A stretch of DNA of 64,000 nt from Anthoceros angustus (GCA_010909165.1 MU008210.1:258819-322818); one strand, 5' to 3'. Shown: positions 13,401 to 27,116, counted from the first letter of the stretch. Numbers and translations: made by a program. The notes: generated from the letters alone by a model not told the origin.

Positions 13401-13650
13401 CTTCAGACTGTGACGTCCTCGGGCACCCTGGCCTCCGCTCTTGTGGCTCGCAACCACCGCGCACACTCCTCAGCATGGATGGATTCAGACACCACCTAGC
13501 ACCCACTCGCCTCTTCCTCAGCTTGCAGCTCTCTAAGCTCGCGCCTTCTTGCACAGAGCCTCCGCGCTCAGCTCGCTTCGCGCCGCAGTCGCCTCCTTCA
13601 GAAAAGTCACAAGCCTCCTCACGCCTTCGTCGTTCTTGCTCCAGAAACAT
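10457..13650 (-). pseudogene. Gypsy accessory ORF type 3 (N-terminal domain plus coiled coil), with ~990-bp tandem duplication (10530-11510 vs 11520-12470)
   Basis: FAKIWLGLICAARKTY...KLVDWASILYEQ (12750-13388); coiled coil AEVRAELRDVKKELDDVDKKL...EERLRAALERV. Confidence 0.7.
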
Positions 13651-14175
13651 GGGTGGTTCCCTTCTCCTCTCCTGAAATCGCTAGACCGTCCTCTTTCATC
13701 ATAAAACTCCTTCTTCCATTTCGCTCAGCGTCTTCCCCTCTTGCTCGAAACATGGGTGGTTCCTTCTCCTTCCGTTTACTTCCCAAACGACCAAACCACA
13801 GCTTCGAGGGTTTTGCAGTGCTGATTTTAGTAGGGATTTCTCAATTCACGCGATGTCCGCCACGTGGCACCATCGATGGTGCTTCCATTCAAAACTTGAT
13901 TTGCTATATCGCCTTTAGCATATATAGTCCTCCTCACTCCTCTTGCTCGATTTGAGGACCAAGGAAGTTGCCTTCCTTGCTCTTGAAATAATCGCTCAAC
14001 TTTCCTACCAAGGCCAAGGGTCACCTACCGCATCCTCACGAGGATCAAGGTACTTTTCCTACCACGACCTACCAAGGTCCAAGGACTTTTGCTTATAAAA
14101 CTAAGTACATTTGTTAGCCTCGAGTTTCAAGGGTTAGTACCCTATTGGAAAAATTCAAAGTCCCATTCCTACTAC

Positions 14176-15918
14176 ACCTCCCATCGCTCCTCTTGCTGGT
14201 GCGTAGGTCACCAACATTCCTCGGTCTTCCTTGTCGCCTCTACTCCCATGGCGACAAGCCCGTCTGTCCTCCTTTAGAACTTCCTCCTTCGGTAGGAGCT
14301 TGTTCTCCTACTGTAGGTCCTTCTTCTGCTGTAGCTCCTCCCGTAGGAGCTACTTCCTTCGTAGGTAGTCCGGTTTCTACCGGGCCATCCCCTGCTGGTG
14401 GTGACTGCCTACCAATGTGAAGCCCCATGGTAGGTGGTCGGGAGTCCTTTCCTACCTTCTCCGTAGGAGGCGCCATAGCTCCTTCTCCTTCCCCTTGTCG
14501 TTCTTGGTTCCTGATCCTGAGGCTTCATGCTGGTGGGCTGGGGGTGGTGGTCTCTTTCCAGATGGTCGACTGCCTCCTTTAGAACTTCCTCCTCCTTTGG
14601 TAGGAGCTTGTTCTCCTCTCCTTCCACCACTCGGACCAAGGAAGCTTCTATCTTAGCTTCCTCCTCCTCCTTTAGAACTCCTCCCTATGGTATAGATGCA
14701 CTAGGAAGGTGGAGACAAACTGATTTTGGCCTCCTCACTCATCAAATGATTCCTATGAGCCACCACCGCTCATAGAGAATGCTTGCCCAATCTACCAACT
14801 TGCCCTTGGACATCTCATAGATCATCATAAGGTGGGAATTGCCTATGTAGGTCTTCCTAGCGCAGATCAATCCCAGCCAAATCTTGGCGAAGAGATTCCA
14901 CTTCCTCTCCTTGAACATGGAAACTCGCCAACCATTACCAGGAGACCAAACTTCCTCCTTGGGTCGTTGGAACATATCCATGGTCGCTTTCAAAATCTGA
15001 TTCTTGGAAAACTGGGCCGATGGGATGATTCCTCCTTTGTGCGCCTCGGGTATCAAGTACGCTTTGGAAATGGCGCACCTTCCACGTTCTAGGATGACTT
15101 GACCGTGACGCCCCTCGGGCACCGGCCTCCGCTCTTGTGGCTCGCAACCGCGCACACTCCTCGGCATGGATGGATTCGGACACCACCTAGCACCCACTCG
15201 CCTCTTCCTCGACTTGCAGCTCTCTAAGCTCGCGCCTTCTTGGTTCACGATCCTGCTACACTGGTCAACAACCTCCTACCTAGATGACCAAACTTCCTCC
15301 TTTAGAAAAGTCACAAGCCTCCTCACGCCTTCGTCGTTCTTGCTCCAGAAACATGGGTGGTTCCCTTCTCCTCTCCTGAAATCGCACCTCGACCGTCCTC
15401 TTTCATGCGCAAAACTCCCTTCTTCCAGCTCACGCTCGCAAGCGTCTTCCCCCTCTTGCTCGCGGCTGCCGTCTCCTTCCGTTTACTTCCCAAAACGACC
15501 AAACCCTGGCTTACTGAGGGTTTTGCCAGTACATGCAGATTTTAGTAGGGATTTCTCCAGTTGCGGCCCACCGCGATGTCCGCCACGTGGCACCATCGAT
15601 GGTGCTTCCATTCAAAACTTGATTTGCTATATCGCCTTTAGCATATATAGTCCTCCTCCTTTAGAAAAGTCACAAGCCTCCTCACTCATCACATTTTGCA
15701 TGACCAAGGAAGTTGCCTTCCTTGCTCTTGAAATAATCGCTCAACTTTCCTACCAAGGCCAAGGGTCACCTACCGCATCCTCCGAGGATCAAGGTACTTT
15801 TCCTACCACGACCTACCAAGGTCCAAGGACTTTTGCTTATAAAACTAAGTACATTTGTTAGCCTCGAGTTTCAAGGGTTAGTACCCTATTGGAAAAATTC
15901 AAAGTCCCATTCCTACTA
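14176..15918 (-). repeat. Degraded ~1.7-kb tandem duplicate of 12480-14175, including the 5' half of accessory ORF 3
   Basis: Both units end CTATTGGAAAAATTCAAAGTCCCATTCCTACTAC; ORF 14742-15248 repeats KERKWNLFAKIWLGL. Confidence 0.85.
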
Positions 15919-16370
15919 CCGACCTCCCAACATCCTACCACCGTATATGACGTCTCGAATCACGATCCTGCTACACTGGTCAACAACCTCCTACCTGTCG
16001 ACTTTCCTATATCCTACCTAGATGACCAAACTTTTCACTCCACACCGCCACATGTCACCCTATGGCACTAGGACATGTGAGCATGTTGGGTTTCAAAATT
16101 CAAACTATAATTAAATAATCAAGGATCATTAATCATAATTTATTATTGAAAATTATTTAAAGTGACAAGAATTTCTTCAATCAATCTAAATTATTTTTAA
16201 TATTATATAATGTATTCGGACTACTCAAATAACTCAAACTACTTTTTGATTTGTCTTTCATGTTTGAAACTTTACAATTTGGTTGGATAATGTTGGCTTT
16301 GTGGGAGGAGCCATTACCCCTTACCATCCTTAGCGCTATGTAAACTTAGCATCCTCGACATCGCCTTTAG

Positions 16371-16436
16371 CATCCTAATCATCCATCCTTAGCATCCTAA
16401 TCATCCATCCTTAGCATCCTAATCATCCATCCTTAG
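16371..16436. repeat. 22-bp minisatellite x3 plus degenerate flanks
   Basis: CATCCTAATCATCCATCCTTAG repeated three times. Confidence 0.9.
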
Positions 16437-16758
16437 CATCCTAAGCATCTTCCCTTAGCATCGTAAGCATCGCAACCTACTCGACAAGAGCTAGATCCTT
16501 AGGCATTCCCTTTCACCACATCCTTGTGCCTCAACTTGTCAAAACGTAGTGTGATGTTTGACTCATCACATTTTGCATGACCAAATCCAAGGGCATTCCA
16601 CATTCGACATCCTTTTGTGGCCATCGATAAAACGCGCATCTTTCAACTCGCGGATCTTGCACACATGTCCCACACCAGCGATTGGCAACAAAAAGTTAGT
16701 AGGCTGCGCATTCGAGCCTGACAAATGCATAGGGTTTGAAGGGCAGCATTAAAGATTC

Positions 16759-18125
16759 AGCAGCTCTCAACTCGAGCTCGACAAGGATGGCTTGGGACCG
16801 ATCGCGATCTCGTCACGCCAAATTGTTCACTTTTTCTTTTGGTCCTTCACCGAGGTGGAGCTCCGGCTTAGTGGATGAGTGCATCAAGCTCGGTTGATCG
16901 AGAATCGGCGGATCGAAGGTAATCAAACATATACTGCCGGTGCATTATACATCGAGGCTCGAACTTCACCCCACTAACGTGGTGAAGTACAAAATGTTGA
17001 ACCGCCATCCGCGCGGCTACTACTTGCACACTCCGGTAGCGGTGGGACTGCCAACCCGGTCGGCTCAGATTCAGCACAGGCAACTCCCTGTACGTCTTGG
17101 TCACTAGATTGAAAATGCAAGAATCTAGTGATACCATTGGATCCTCCCCATCCCGCGGACTTGTCTCAGCGACAACAATGTAGCCGTCACCTGTGGCTGC
17201 TGCGAACACGGTGTCGGGAACCCACAAGGCACTCCGCCTCAAGCTCAGATCGCAGCACCAAAATAAATCGCAATATCTCCGTGGAAGGAAGGACAAATCC
17301 ATCTCCGACGGCCCTTGAGCTCCTAGGCCTCTCTTCAGCAGCTCTCAACTCGGTAGCTCGACAAGGATGGCTTGGGACCGATCGCGATCTCGTCACGCCA
17401 AATTGTTCACTTTTTCTTTTGGTCCTTCACCGAGGTGGAGCTCCGGCTTAGTGGATGGGGTGCATCAAGCTCGGTTGATCGAATCGGCCTCGCGATCGAA
17501 GGTAATCAAACATATGCCCGCCAGTGCATTATACATCGAGGCTCGAACTTCACCCCACTAACGTGGTGAAGTACAAAATGTTGAACCGCCATCCGCGGCT
17601 ACTACTTGCACACTCCGGTAGCGGTGGGACGCCAACCCGGTCGGCTCGATTCAAGAGGCAACTCCTGCGTCTTGGTCACTAGATTGAAAATGCAAGAATC
17701 TAGTGATACCATTGGATCCTCCCATCCAGCGGACTGTCTCGGCGACAACAATGTAGCCGTCACACCGCTGCTGCGAACGTGGTGTCGGGAACCCACAAGG
17801 CACTCCGCCTCAAGCTCAGATCGCAGCACCAAAATAAATCGCAATATCTCCGTGGAAGGAAGGACAAATCCATCTCCGACGGCCCTTGAGCTCCTAGGCC
17901 TCTCTTCAACAGGGCGCGCTCCACAACGCACATTGTAGCAGGACCTGACTCCACATCCTGATCATTAAATTTTGCAGCATGCTCCTCCAAGAAAAGAGGC
18001 GACCTCATGTACGTGTACCACCGTCTACACGCATGCTCGAAGCGAAATGCGCTTGCCAATGGCAGAGAGGACAGCACTTCGCCCACAACGTCGTCAGGGA
18101 GGTTCTCCCACAATGTTGCGTCCAT
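16759..18125 (-). CDS. Plant F-box protein (F-box plus F-box-associated/kelch-like region); 3' part tandemly duplicated (16759-17336 vs 17337-17907); frameshifted in this assembly
   Basis: MDATLWENLPDDVVGEVLSSLPLASAFRFEHACRRWYTYMRSPLFLEEH is a classic F-box; CIFNLVTKTYRELP resembles the NP.T..WR.LP motif. Confidence 0.8.
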
Positions 18126-19229
18126 ATCGGGGCCCCCATCGCTACGACTTGGGGTCCAAAACAGCGAGCCGTAGCATCACCTGATGCGCCATATCTCGCT
18201 CTGCACCAAGTTCCCAAGCAAGTGCACAACAAATTGTAGATTTTTGCTGCAACTTGGAACTCAACGGTTCAATGATATTGGACTAATACAAAACCCTACA
18301 TATATAGCCTGAGACTAAAATTGACGAAACAAAGAACATGATAATCCTAGAAGGGGATTAATATACGAACCCCCTTCCACACTTTCAAAACCCCCTTCAC
18401 AAAAGACATCGTTAAATGCGCATTATGGCGAATCCACGATTAAGCGCACCATGCTAAAACCCTTTTCTTGGAAAACTACAGATTCAAAAATCCATGAAAC
18501 AAAAGGTCTTTGTTGGCGCGGCGATCGAACTTCCTTGCCCACTATGGTTTCTTACAAAGGAAATCATGATCTCACAGTTTCAAAAACCTCTTCTGTCCCT
18601 CCAAAAAAGTCTTCCCTCTACAAAGATCCTTCATGCGGACTGATTCATACTGTGCTTGGGTGGCTTCTGAATCTAAAATAACTGCTAGGTTGCGCATGCA
18701 TTCCAATTCTACTGCGTCGAAGCTGTCATTTTCTGCAAAAGTCTTGCGTCTTCATCTTCTTCGTTGTCTCTTTCCTCCTTGTCGCCACCACTCGCAGACT
18801 GCCATATAGTGTCCAGGGTTTGTGGTCCTTCCTCCAGCAAGTCCCCTGTTTGCGTTTTCATCCTCCTTGCACTAAGTAGAACAACCTGAGCCCTCAAACA
18901 ATTTTTTCACTCATACAAACCTCTTTGGCCCAGACCTGTGCTGCTCCTCTCTGGTGGGCGTCGAATGTGAGCTCCTCTTTCCAGTCTGGCAAAACCTCGA
19001 AACCTTTGTTTCGAGGTTAACATCTGCTCGTTCTGCGTCCATGGATTACCTTGGCTCCTTGACGACACCGCTTCTTCCAACCAGTGACCTTATGGTGAGT
19101 TTTCACTCAGCCCTTTGTTTTCCCGACTCTAGTCTTCTACCTTCGCTCCCTCCTTGCCTCTTCACCTCAAGCATCCATCCCTATTGTTCCTGCTCGAGAG
19201 GGGGAAGATGAACAGGCCATTGTTGATCC

Positions 19230-21840
19230 TTATGAAAACAGAGAAGACTTTGGTGCTCTTAATCCACAAGACCCAGAGACTGTTCCTGCTCCACCTTCTC
19301 CTGTAATACTTGATCCAGCCCCCGAGCGAAGATATCCTTCGCGTCATCGTCAACCGAGACACCTCTGGAATGAGATCCCCTTTGATTTAGAGTTCAATCA
19401 AGCTGGCTACACCACCACTGCTGTAGGTCATTTCAACGCCTTCAGTGTTGCCCCTTCAGAGGGAGATCCTCTCACTCTTCAAGAGGCATATTCGCGACCT
19501 GATGCAGCTAAGTGGAAGTTCGCTATTGATGATGAATATAATTCTCTTATCAAAAACAATACTTGGACTCTAGTAAACTTGCCTAAAGGCAGAACTACTG
19601 TCAAATGCAAGTGGGTTCTCAAAACTAAATTCCAGGAGGTTGAACCTCGTATTCGCTATAAGGCGAGACTAGTGGCTAAGGGTTATAGTCAGAAAGAGGG
19701 AGTGGACTATCAGGGCGATAAGGTTTATTCACATGTAGTCAAAAGCTTGAGAATGCTCATGGCTTTATGTGCCGAGCTTAATCTGGAAATTTATCAGCTT
19801 GACATTTGTATTGCTTTCCTTTATGGTCATCTGCAAGAAGAGATCTATATGGATCAACCAGAAGACTATGAAGATGAGCAATACCCAAACAAGGTGTGTA
19901 AACTTATTCGTTCTATTTACGGACTAAAGCAAAGCCCACGTTTATGGTATGAGAGAATGGACTCTTACCTCAAGAAGATAGGTTTTATCCAAAGTGAAGC
20001 AGACACCAATATCTATGTACTCCGCAAGGACAGCTCCCTTGTGCTGGTTGCACTATATGTTGATGACTTAGTTATTCCTGGCAACAATATTGAACTAGTT
20101 AACAAGATTAAAGCTGACCTTAGTAAAGAATTCGAGATGAAGGATCTCGGCAAAGTTAAATATATTCTTGGTATGCATGTACATAGAGATACCACGGTGC
20201 TATCTATCTCCATCAAGGAAGATATGTGGTATGTTAAAACACTTTAATTTGGAGAATGCGTCGGCCACAGGCCGTGGGTGTTAAGCTTTCATCGCTACAT
20301 CCACAATCGAGCAGGAAAAGAAAGAGATGGAAAATATTCCTTATCATATGGGAGTTGGTACTCTCATGTTCTTGAGTAATCAGACCGGACGATATCTCAA
20401 ATCATAAATGCTATTGCTCGGTTCTCGAGAATCCGAGGAAAGGATCACGGGTTGCTCTCAAGCGCATCATGCGGTACCTCAAGGGTACTCCAAATTATGG
20501 CCTCTGCTTCAAGCCTAGCGGAAAGAAGCATCTCTTGACATGCTTTGTCGATGCATTGGGCTTGACACGAAAAAGTATCTCAGCATATTGCTTTCTTGCT
20601 GGCTCCACTGTTGTTAATTGGTCTTGTAGAAACAAGCTGCAATATCACTTTCATCAACAGAATCGGAGTACAAAGCACTCACTGAAGCCACGAAAGAGGC
20701 TGAATGGGAAAGAAAGCTATGTGAAGATTTGGATATGAAGCGGGAAGAATAGCTTAATTGTGACAATATGTCAGCCATTGCTCTTGTCGCTAATCCGGTC
20801 TTTCATGCGCGCACGAAGCATATTGAGATTCAACACCATTATATTCGTGACGCTGTTGAGAGAGGAATTGTTAAGGTATAGTATGTACCCACAGATGACA
20901 ATACAACAGATATACTGACAAAATCCTTGCCGAAGTTCAAACACTGCTTCCACAGAGAAGGGCTTGGATTGGTTGGTATGTGACTTTTGCACTTGGACCA
21001 ATCACACATTTGGTGAGGCGCATCTTATCTCGAGCGTTCGATTACTTGAAGTTGTGACTATTGTAGACCGCTTCAATTTGGAGAATGCGTGCGGCGCCAC
21101 ACAGCCGTGGGTGTTAAGCTTTCATCTGCTACCTATCCACAATCAGAACAGGAAAAGAAAGAGATGGAAAATATTCCTTATCGTATGGGAGTTGGTACTC
21201 TCATGTTCTTGAGTAATCAGACCAGACCTGATATCTCAAATACTGTAAATGCTATTGCTCAGTTCTCAGAGAATCCAGGAAAGGATCACTGGGTTGCTCT
21301 CAAGCGCATCATGCGGTACCTCAAGGGTACTCCAAATTATGGCCTCTGCTTCAAGCCTAGCGGAAAGAAGCATCTGCTACTGACATGCTTTGTCGATGCA
21401 GATTGGGCTTCAGACGCTGACACCCGAAAAAGTATCTCAGCATATTGCTTTCTTCTTGGCTCCCATTGTTAATTGGTCTTGTAGAAAACAAGCTGCAATA
21501 TCACTTTCATCAACAGACTCGGAGTACAAAGCACTCACTAAAGCCACGAAAGAGGCTGAATAGGAAAGAAAGCTATGTGAAGATTTGGATATGAAGCAGG
21601 AAGGGCCAACATTGCTTTATTGCGACAATATGTCAGCCATTGCTCTTGTCGCTAATCCTGTCTTTCATGCGCGCACGAAGCATATTGAGATTCAACACCA
21701 TTATATTCGTGACGCTGCTGAGAGAGGAATTGTTAAGGTACAGTATGTACCGACAGACGACAATACAAGATATCGACAAAATCCTTGCGAAGTTCAAACA
21801 CGCTTCCACGAGAAGGGCTTGGATTGGTTGGTATGTGACT
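19230..21840 (+). pseudogene. Ty1/copia pol: INT-RT linker, RT and RNase H; RT-end/RNase H duplicated in tandem (~830 bp, 20246-21076 vs 21077-21925)
   Basis: RRYPSRHRQP linker, [73 protein letters not shown]. Confidence 0.95.
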
Positions 21841-22058
21841 TTTGCACTTGGACCAATCACACATTTGGTGAGGCGATCTTATCTCGAGCGTTCGATTACT
21901 TGAAGTTGTGACTATTGTAGACCGCTTGCTTCAATCTTACTTGCGGCCGGTGATCGGTGAGTTGAGTTTAGTTGAAGACCGTAGTACTCATACAATACTC
22001 CAGTGACAAATGATTATTAGTTCTTTGATTTAGATAACCCAACTAGTATGAGAGGGAG

Positions 22059-22249
22059 AGTTAGAAGTACATACCGCGTTGGTTATGGTTAGCTTAGCTT
22101 AACCAAGCGTGGTCATACCCTTTGGTATCTTGTACCGAAGAGGTACAACTCTTCATACACAGGCTATAAAAGCCCACCTCTTGTAATCAATTGTATCAAT
22201 TAGTAAGCACTAAACTTTGATCAAACGCTTCCGCAAAGCACCTCAAACT
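22059..22249 (+). mobile_element. 3' LTR of this copia with non-canonical AGTTAG...CAAACT termini; PPT GAGAGGGAG at 22050-22058
   Basis: Same ends in the independent reverse copy 30240-30423; related LTR 29034-29203 abuts a PBS. Confidence 0.75.
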
Positions 22250-22555
22250 CTGGGCGCCCGTGGTGGACTCCTTTCCGCTGAGGCATGGCCTACAGTTGTG
22301 TTGTGTCGTTGTAGGTCGGGAGTTGGTGAATTTTGAAGCAGTGCAAGTGGTGCAGCTGCTGTAGAGGGAGAGTTAGAGGGCGCCTTGCTTGTTGAGGGGG
22401 GTGAGGTTGTGAATGGGTGAAGGCAACGATTGATCTCTTAGAATCCGGCTATCCACACAAGTCTCATGGGATGAAACCCAACGTACTGAGCGACAGTGGA
22501 ATAAGTGTGGCCACTAGAGGGTGAATCTCGGAAGCCCTAGGATTTTCCTCCCACA
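22250..22555 (+). mobile_element. 3' part of a family-A gypsy LTR ending CCTCCCACA
   Basis: Matches 56067-56369; same terminal module as 37010-37107. Confidence 0.8.
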
Positions 22556-23207
22556 TAATCATCACTTGCTCAAAGTATCTCTAGCATTAAGCAGATAAAC
22601 AAAAGTACAAGTGTTTATAAAGTCTAGGTAGTTACTGGTAGTTGTAACCAAAATAACCAATTAGCTAAAAATGAGTGACTACTTCTAGCCCCAGGATTTA
22701 ATTAAATATTAATCTAGACACTTCTAGGTGCCCTAATAAATAGTGTCCAAATTATCTTAATATTTCATCAAATTCCAGGATGTTGAAGTCCATGATCGAG
22801 ATTTGAGAAACCGCTATCGAGAATTACACCTTCGAACAACTATATATGTAACATACTGGGATTGAATAATTAGAGCATTCGCAAGCAAAGCTCTATTTAG
22901 GGTTTTGTTTTGCATCACTGCACCGAATCTGCAGCACATTTGAGGGCACATTTGAGGGCACGGCATGGGGGTGAGCGCAACTTCCTAGCACTTAGTGGTT
23001 TAGGAACAGAGGACTTGCACGCGAAGGCCTCCGATCGCGAGGTCTTTCACGCGAAGGCAACCCACAAGCGGGGCAGCCAGAATTGCAGCGGCGCACCAAG
23101 CCTGGTTCGAGCATCAATGTTCCGCAAAGGTATGCAGCTTTCAACGCTACAGTCTCACATGGAGCATGTCGGTTTGGAAACCCTGTTGGGTTTGAAACCT
23201 TGACATG

Positions 23208-23271
23208 TTTTGAAACCGAGATACGGTTTCAAAACCCTTTCAAGTTTTGAAACCGAGATATGGTTTTGAAA
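23208..23271. repeat. Two tandem copies of a palindromic element TTTTGAAACCG-AGATA-CGGTTTCAAAA
   Basis: Perfect 11-bp stem at 23208-23234; imperfect second copy from 23245. Confidence 0.8.
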
Positions 23272-24860
23272 TGGCATACACTCTTGTTGTAATCAGTCTT
23301 TTGCTCGTGTTTACGATTTTGTAATCAGTCTTATGCCCTCATCCTTGTTTGCTTTGCGCTTCCACCATGGCACGCTCCCAACAGCGGAAGAAAGTTTGGT
23401 TTGAAGCGGCTTTTGGGGCTGGGGCACAAAATCAGAACAATCCTACGCTTCATCCCGACGTGACCTTGCGCAAAGGAAGTTGAGGAAAAGCGCGTGAAGG
23501 CCACCAAGTCCAAAGAGCATCCGCGGCGAACCAATCCTTAGTGCCTCAAGACTAGGACGATTGTGCAAAGGTAAGCAGGCAAAATCTTTGTGGCTTCCTC
23601 TTCGATGGCATGTGCAAATAAGGACTTATGAGGATGCATGTTGGTTGTCCTCTATGGTTGCATCTGGAGACTTCATGCCAATGCTTGCGAATGGTGCTGC
23701 GTCTGGTGTGCTTGAATTGTCAGTTCAGGGCATCTTCACTCTAATGATCTGTGTAGCAACAATAAAGATTTCAGGGCAGCTCTTGTTTTGTTTGCTTGTT
23801 CGATGCCTTTTACATTTTCCTCCTCCGGCCCTCCCGCTTTGTTAATTAGTAATTCCCACCTAACCTAGTGCCTTGTGCTGCCGTGGTGACTAAGAACATG
23901 GAGATTTTGCCTTGTGCAGATGGTTGGAGGCACACGGAGCAAGGACGTTTTGGTTGTCTCTGATCCTAGAGAAGTAGGCAAGGTTGGCAAGAGGAAGCGC
24001 AACGACGAGCAAGCCAAGACCCGCTCCGCCGATCGCCCAACTGCGGATCCGATTCCAGCAAGCAAGGAGGAGGAGATCAGGTCCCCTGGCGAGAGTGCTA
24101 AATGCAAGAAGGCCTCGAAGTCCACCTCCGTCCCTGGTGGAGGAAGACCCACGAGGCCTAGTGGAGGCGTGGCTATCGATAAGTCGACTGATCAACACGA
24201 TGCTAGAGGGAAATCGAGGGAGGAACAATGGCTGGAGGCAAGCCTTCTATAAGTGCAGCAGAAATTGCAGGCCAGTGCAAAGGAGGTGGACCCAAACCAC
24301 AAGCTAAGGCTGGGAGCTCTCACTCAAAAGCAAAGCATCAGAATGCTGGCAAGCTTCAATTGAGCGCTCCAACAATTGTGCTCAAAGATTAACTCACGTT
24401 GAGCGGCCTGTGGCCCCCTTCAATCGCAAGCAAAGTGTAATTGTGAAGAAACTGAGAGAGGTTGTCCACTCCAAGGTTCTTTTGGAGAATGAGTGGCATA
24501 TTGTTATGCCCACCACCTCGGATGATGAAGATAAGCCTTCCCCTCTCGTGGCGCTTTGGGTGAGTGGATTGGAGGTTGCAAATGCCAATCAAGCATTGAG
24601 GGCAGGTTGGATAATCTGGGCTTGGCTGTCCACAATTGAGGCAGATATTACAATGGAGATCCTGTGCACGGTGAGGCCGGGACTGCCTTTGTGTGACTCC
24701 AAAGACGACTATAGGATGCTCGTTTTGACCCTAGATAAAGTGGAAGCACGGCGTTGCCTGCCAACAGATGTGAAGATCAAGCTCAAGGCCGCCCAGCACG
24801 TGGAGGATGTGAGTCCTAACCACTTTTATTTTTCATGCTTGTTTCTTAGACTTTAAAAGG

Positions 24861-25191
24861 AGGGTGCACAGCCTATGGCGCACCCTACTGGGTGCGCCGC
24901 CTACCATCGCACCCAAAGGTAGGCTGCGCACCCTCTTTTATTTCTAAATTGTTCATCGGTTTTGAGGAGGGTGCACAGGCCTATGGCGCACCCTACGCCA
25001 ACCTGCCAGCACACCCTGCCTATGGGTTTATGGCTTGCCGGTGCACCCTACCTGTGGGTGCGCCGGTAGGCCGGCACAATGAGGGTGTGCCGAGGCCGGC
25101 GCACCATCGTTATTTTCTTAGTTATCCTTTGGTTTTTTGTAGGGTGGGCTAGCTTACCGAGGAGGGTGCGCAGGGTACCAGCGCACCCTCC
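24861..25191. repeat. Intronic array of ~25-30-bp hairpin units (RGGGTGCGCC-loop-GGCGCACCCY)
   Basis: e.g. AGGGTGCACAGCCTATGGCGCACCCT (24861) and GGAGGGTGCGC-AGGGTACCA-GCGCACCCTCC (25161); about 7 units. Confidence 0.8.
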
Positions 25192-27116
25192 CTCTTGTTT
25201 TCTCTCTTTACATCTTGGGATTTGTTTATGGTGAGCGTTACTAGCTGAGTATAGCTTCTAGTTTTGTTCCTAACTTTCATATTTCATTCATACCAGAATG
25301 GGGAGGTTTTCTATAGCATAATCCTACGGTTCATCGTGGATGGAATCAATGACAGCCCACTTTTGAAGGATGAGGGACAAGGCATCCAGCGAAGTCTCTT
25401 TGCGGACACCATGTCGCAAGCTCTGTTCTTCCAGTTGGTGGGAAGCGGGTGAATTTTTCAGACCAGCTGAACAGTGAAGAGGATGTAGCAGATGATCAAT
25501 CTGGGGACAAGGATGCATCCGAGGAAGATGAGGATGTTGGACAGGCGGAGCAGGTTTCGAATGTTGAGGGGCAGGAAGAGGTCGAGTTAGAGGATGACTC
25601 TCTTGCTCCCGCTAACCTCACTGACCTAGAGGCCACGAGGGAGAGGTTGAATCAGACCTTTGTGGCATATCACCAGGATCTGAGCCCTTTAGCCCCTAAA
25701 GACATGGGCATGAAGGCGCCCGAAACGCAGCAGTGTGGTAAGGGGAAAGGCAATCAGACTGGTGAGGAGAAAGGGAAGCAAAAGAAAGCAACCAATGAGA
25801 AATCACCTAAACAGTCAAAGAAGAAGAAGGTGAAATCTCCTACTATTCTGACCCGACCAATGTCAACGGACGAGGATAGGTTGCAGCAAGATGTTGTGCA
25901 AAAGGATCCCTTGAACCTTCTGCGCGAGAGTGCTAAGAAGAAGAAGATCCAGCCCACAACAGCAATCATCCCTCTTCACTGCCTGAGGAGTGCGGAATAT
26001 CTGACCCAAGATGCCATGATCCGAAGAATCGACACCTCCTGGTCCAGCTTCCTCGAGCGGGAGATTCGCAAGGGGCATGTGGAAGAGGGCGTCTTGCCCA
26101 TCTTGGTCATGGTGGACCCTCAGCAGTGTCCGACCCGGAAAGGCGGGATGAACTGATGTTTGAGAAGGAAGAGTACACTTTGGCGTGCTTGGCGGCAACC
26201 ATTGTTTCAGTGTGAGGAGCCTCACCACCGCAATTCCCAACCTTGCCGCAGACAAGTATATGGAGGGTCACATGTATGTGGCTAACACAAGAGAGATGAG
26301 GGTGCCGCAATGACCACAATGTGATAGCGGACGGGAGGAAGAAGAAGATGGCGTTCATTGAACAAGTTCGCTATGTGAAAGACGAGCTGGAGATCTTGAA
26401 GAGCTGTGGCATCTCAAAGCCGTCTTTGACCGGAAGTGGATCTGCAGTTCTTTTGGGGCTTGTGGAGCATGCTAGTCTGCGCGAGTGTGAAGCAAAAAAA
26501 GGTTGACCATAAGACATTGAACTCCGCATTGCAAAGTGCAGTGGTCTGGTTTGGTCAAATGTGAATGAGATATTCACAAGATGGGAGAAGTTGGAATTGC
26601 CGGAGCAAAAGCACCAAGCTGTGGCTGGGGTGTCTAAACGTGCGAAAGCCCTACGCAAACCTGGACAGCCGGAAGAGCAATCAGCAAGCGGTGCAGATGC
26701 AAGCGGGGACAAAAAAGACATATGTGGCAAGATGTTTAGGTGCTTCCAGGGAGTTCCAGATGGGGAAGTAGGGGAGAAAATGTTGTTGAGCGCAACGGAA
26801 AAAAGTCATCCAGGGGCACTTGGACTTGAAAGGCATGTATACTAGGTGCAACAGAAGAAGCATCTCCACGTAATTCAGACAGCCATGGCCAAGCACCTAA
26901 GTTGCGCAACGTTTGCGGAAGTACAGCAAAAGTATCTGAAGCACGCCAGAGATGATGATGTCGCGAAGTTTCAAAGCTGCTTTGAGATTGTGGTAAGTTA
27001 TTGTTCATGCGTTTTGTGCTCCTGCGCGCTGTCGGTGCCCCGGCGATGCACCCTTTGGTTTTTTTGTGCCTTGAGCTTTGGTTGTGGAGTGCGCCGTTAG
27101 GCTGTCGCACTCTTTT

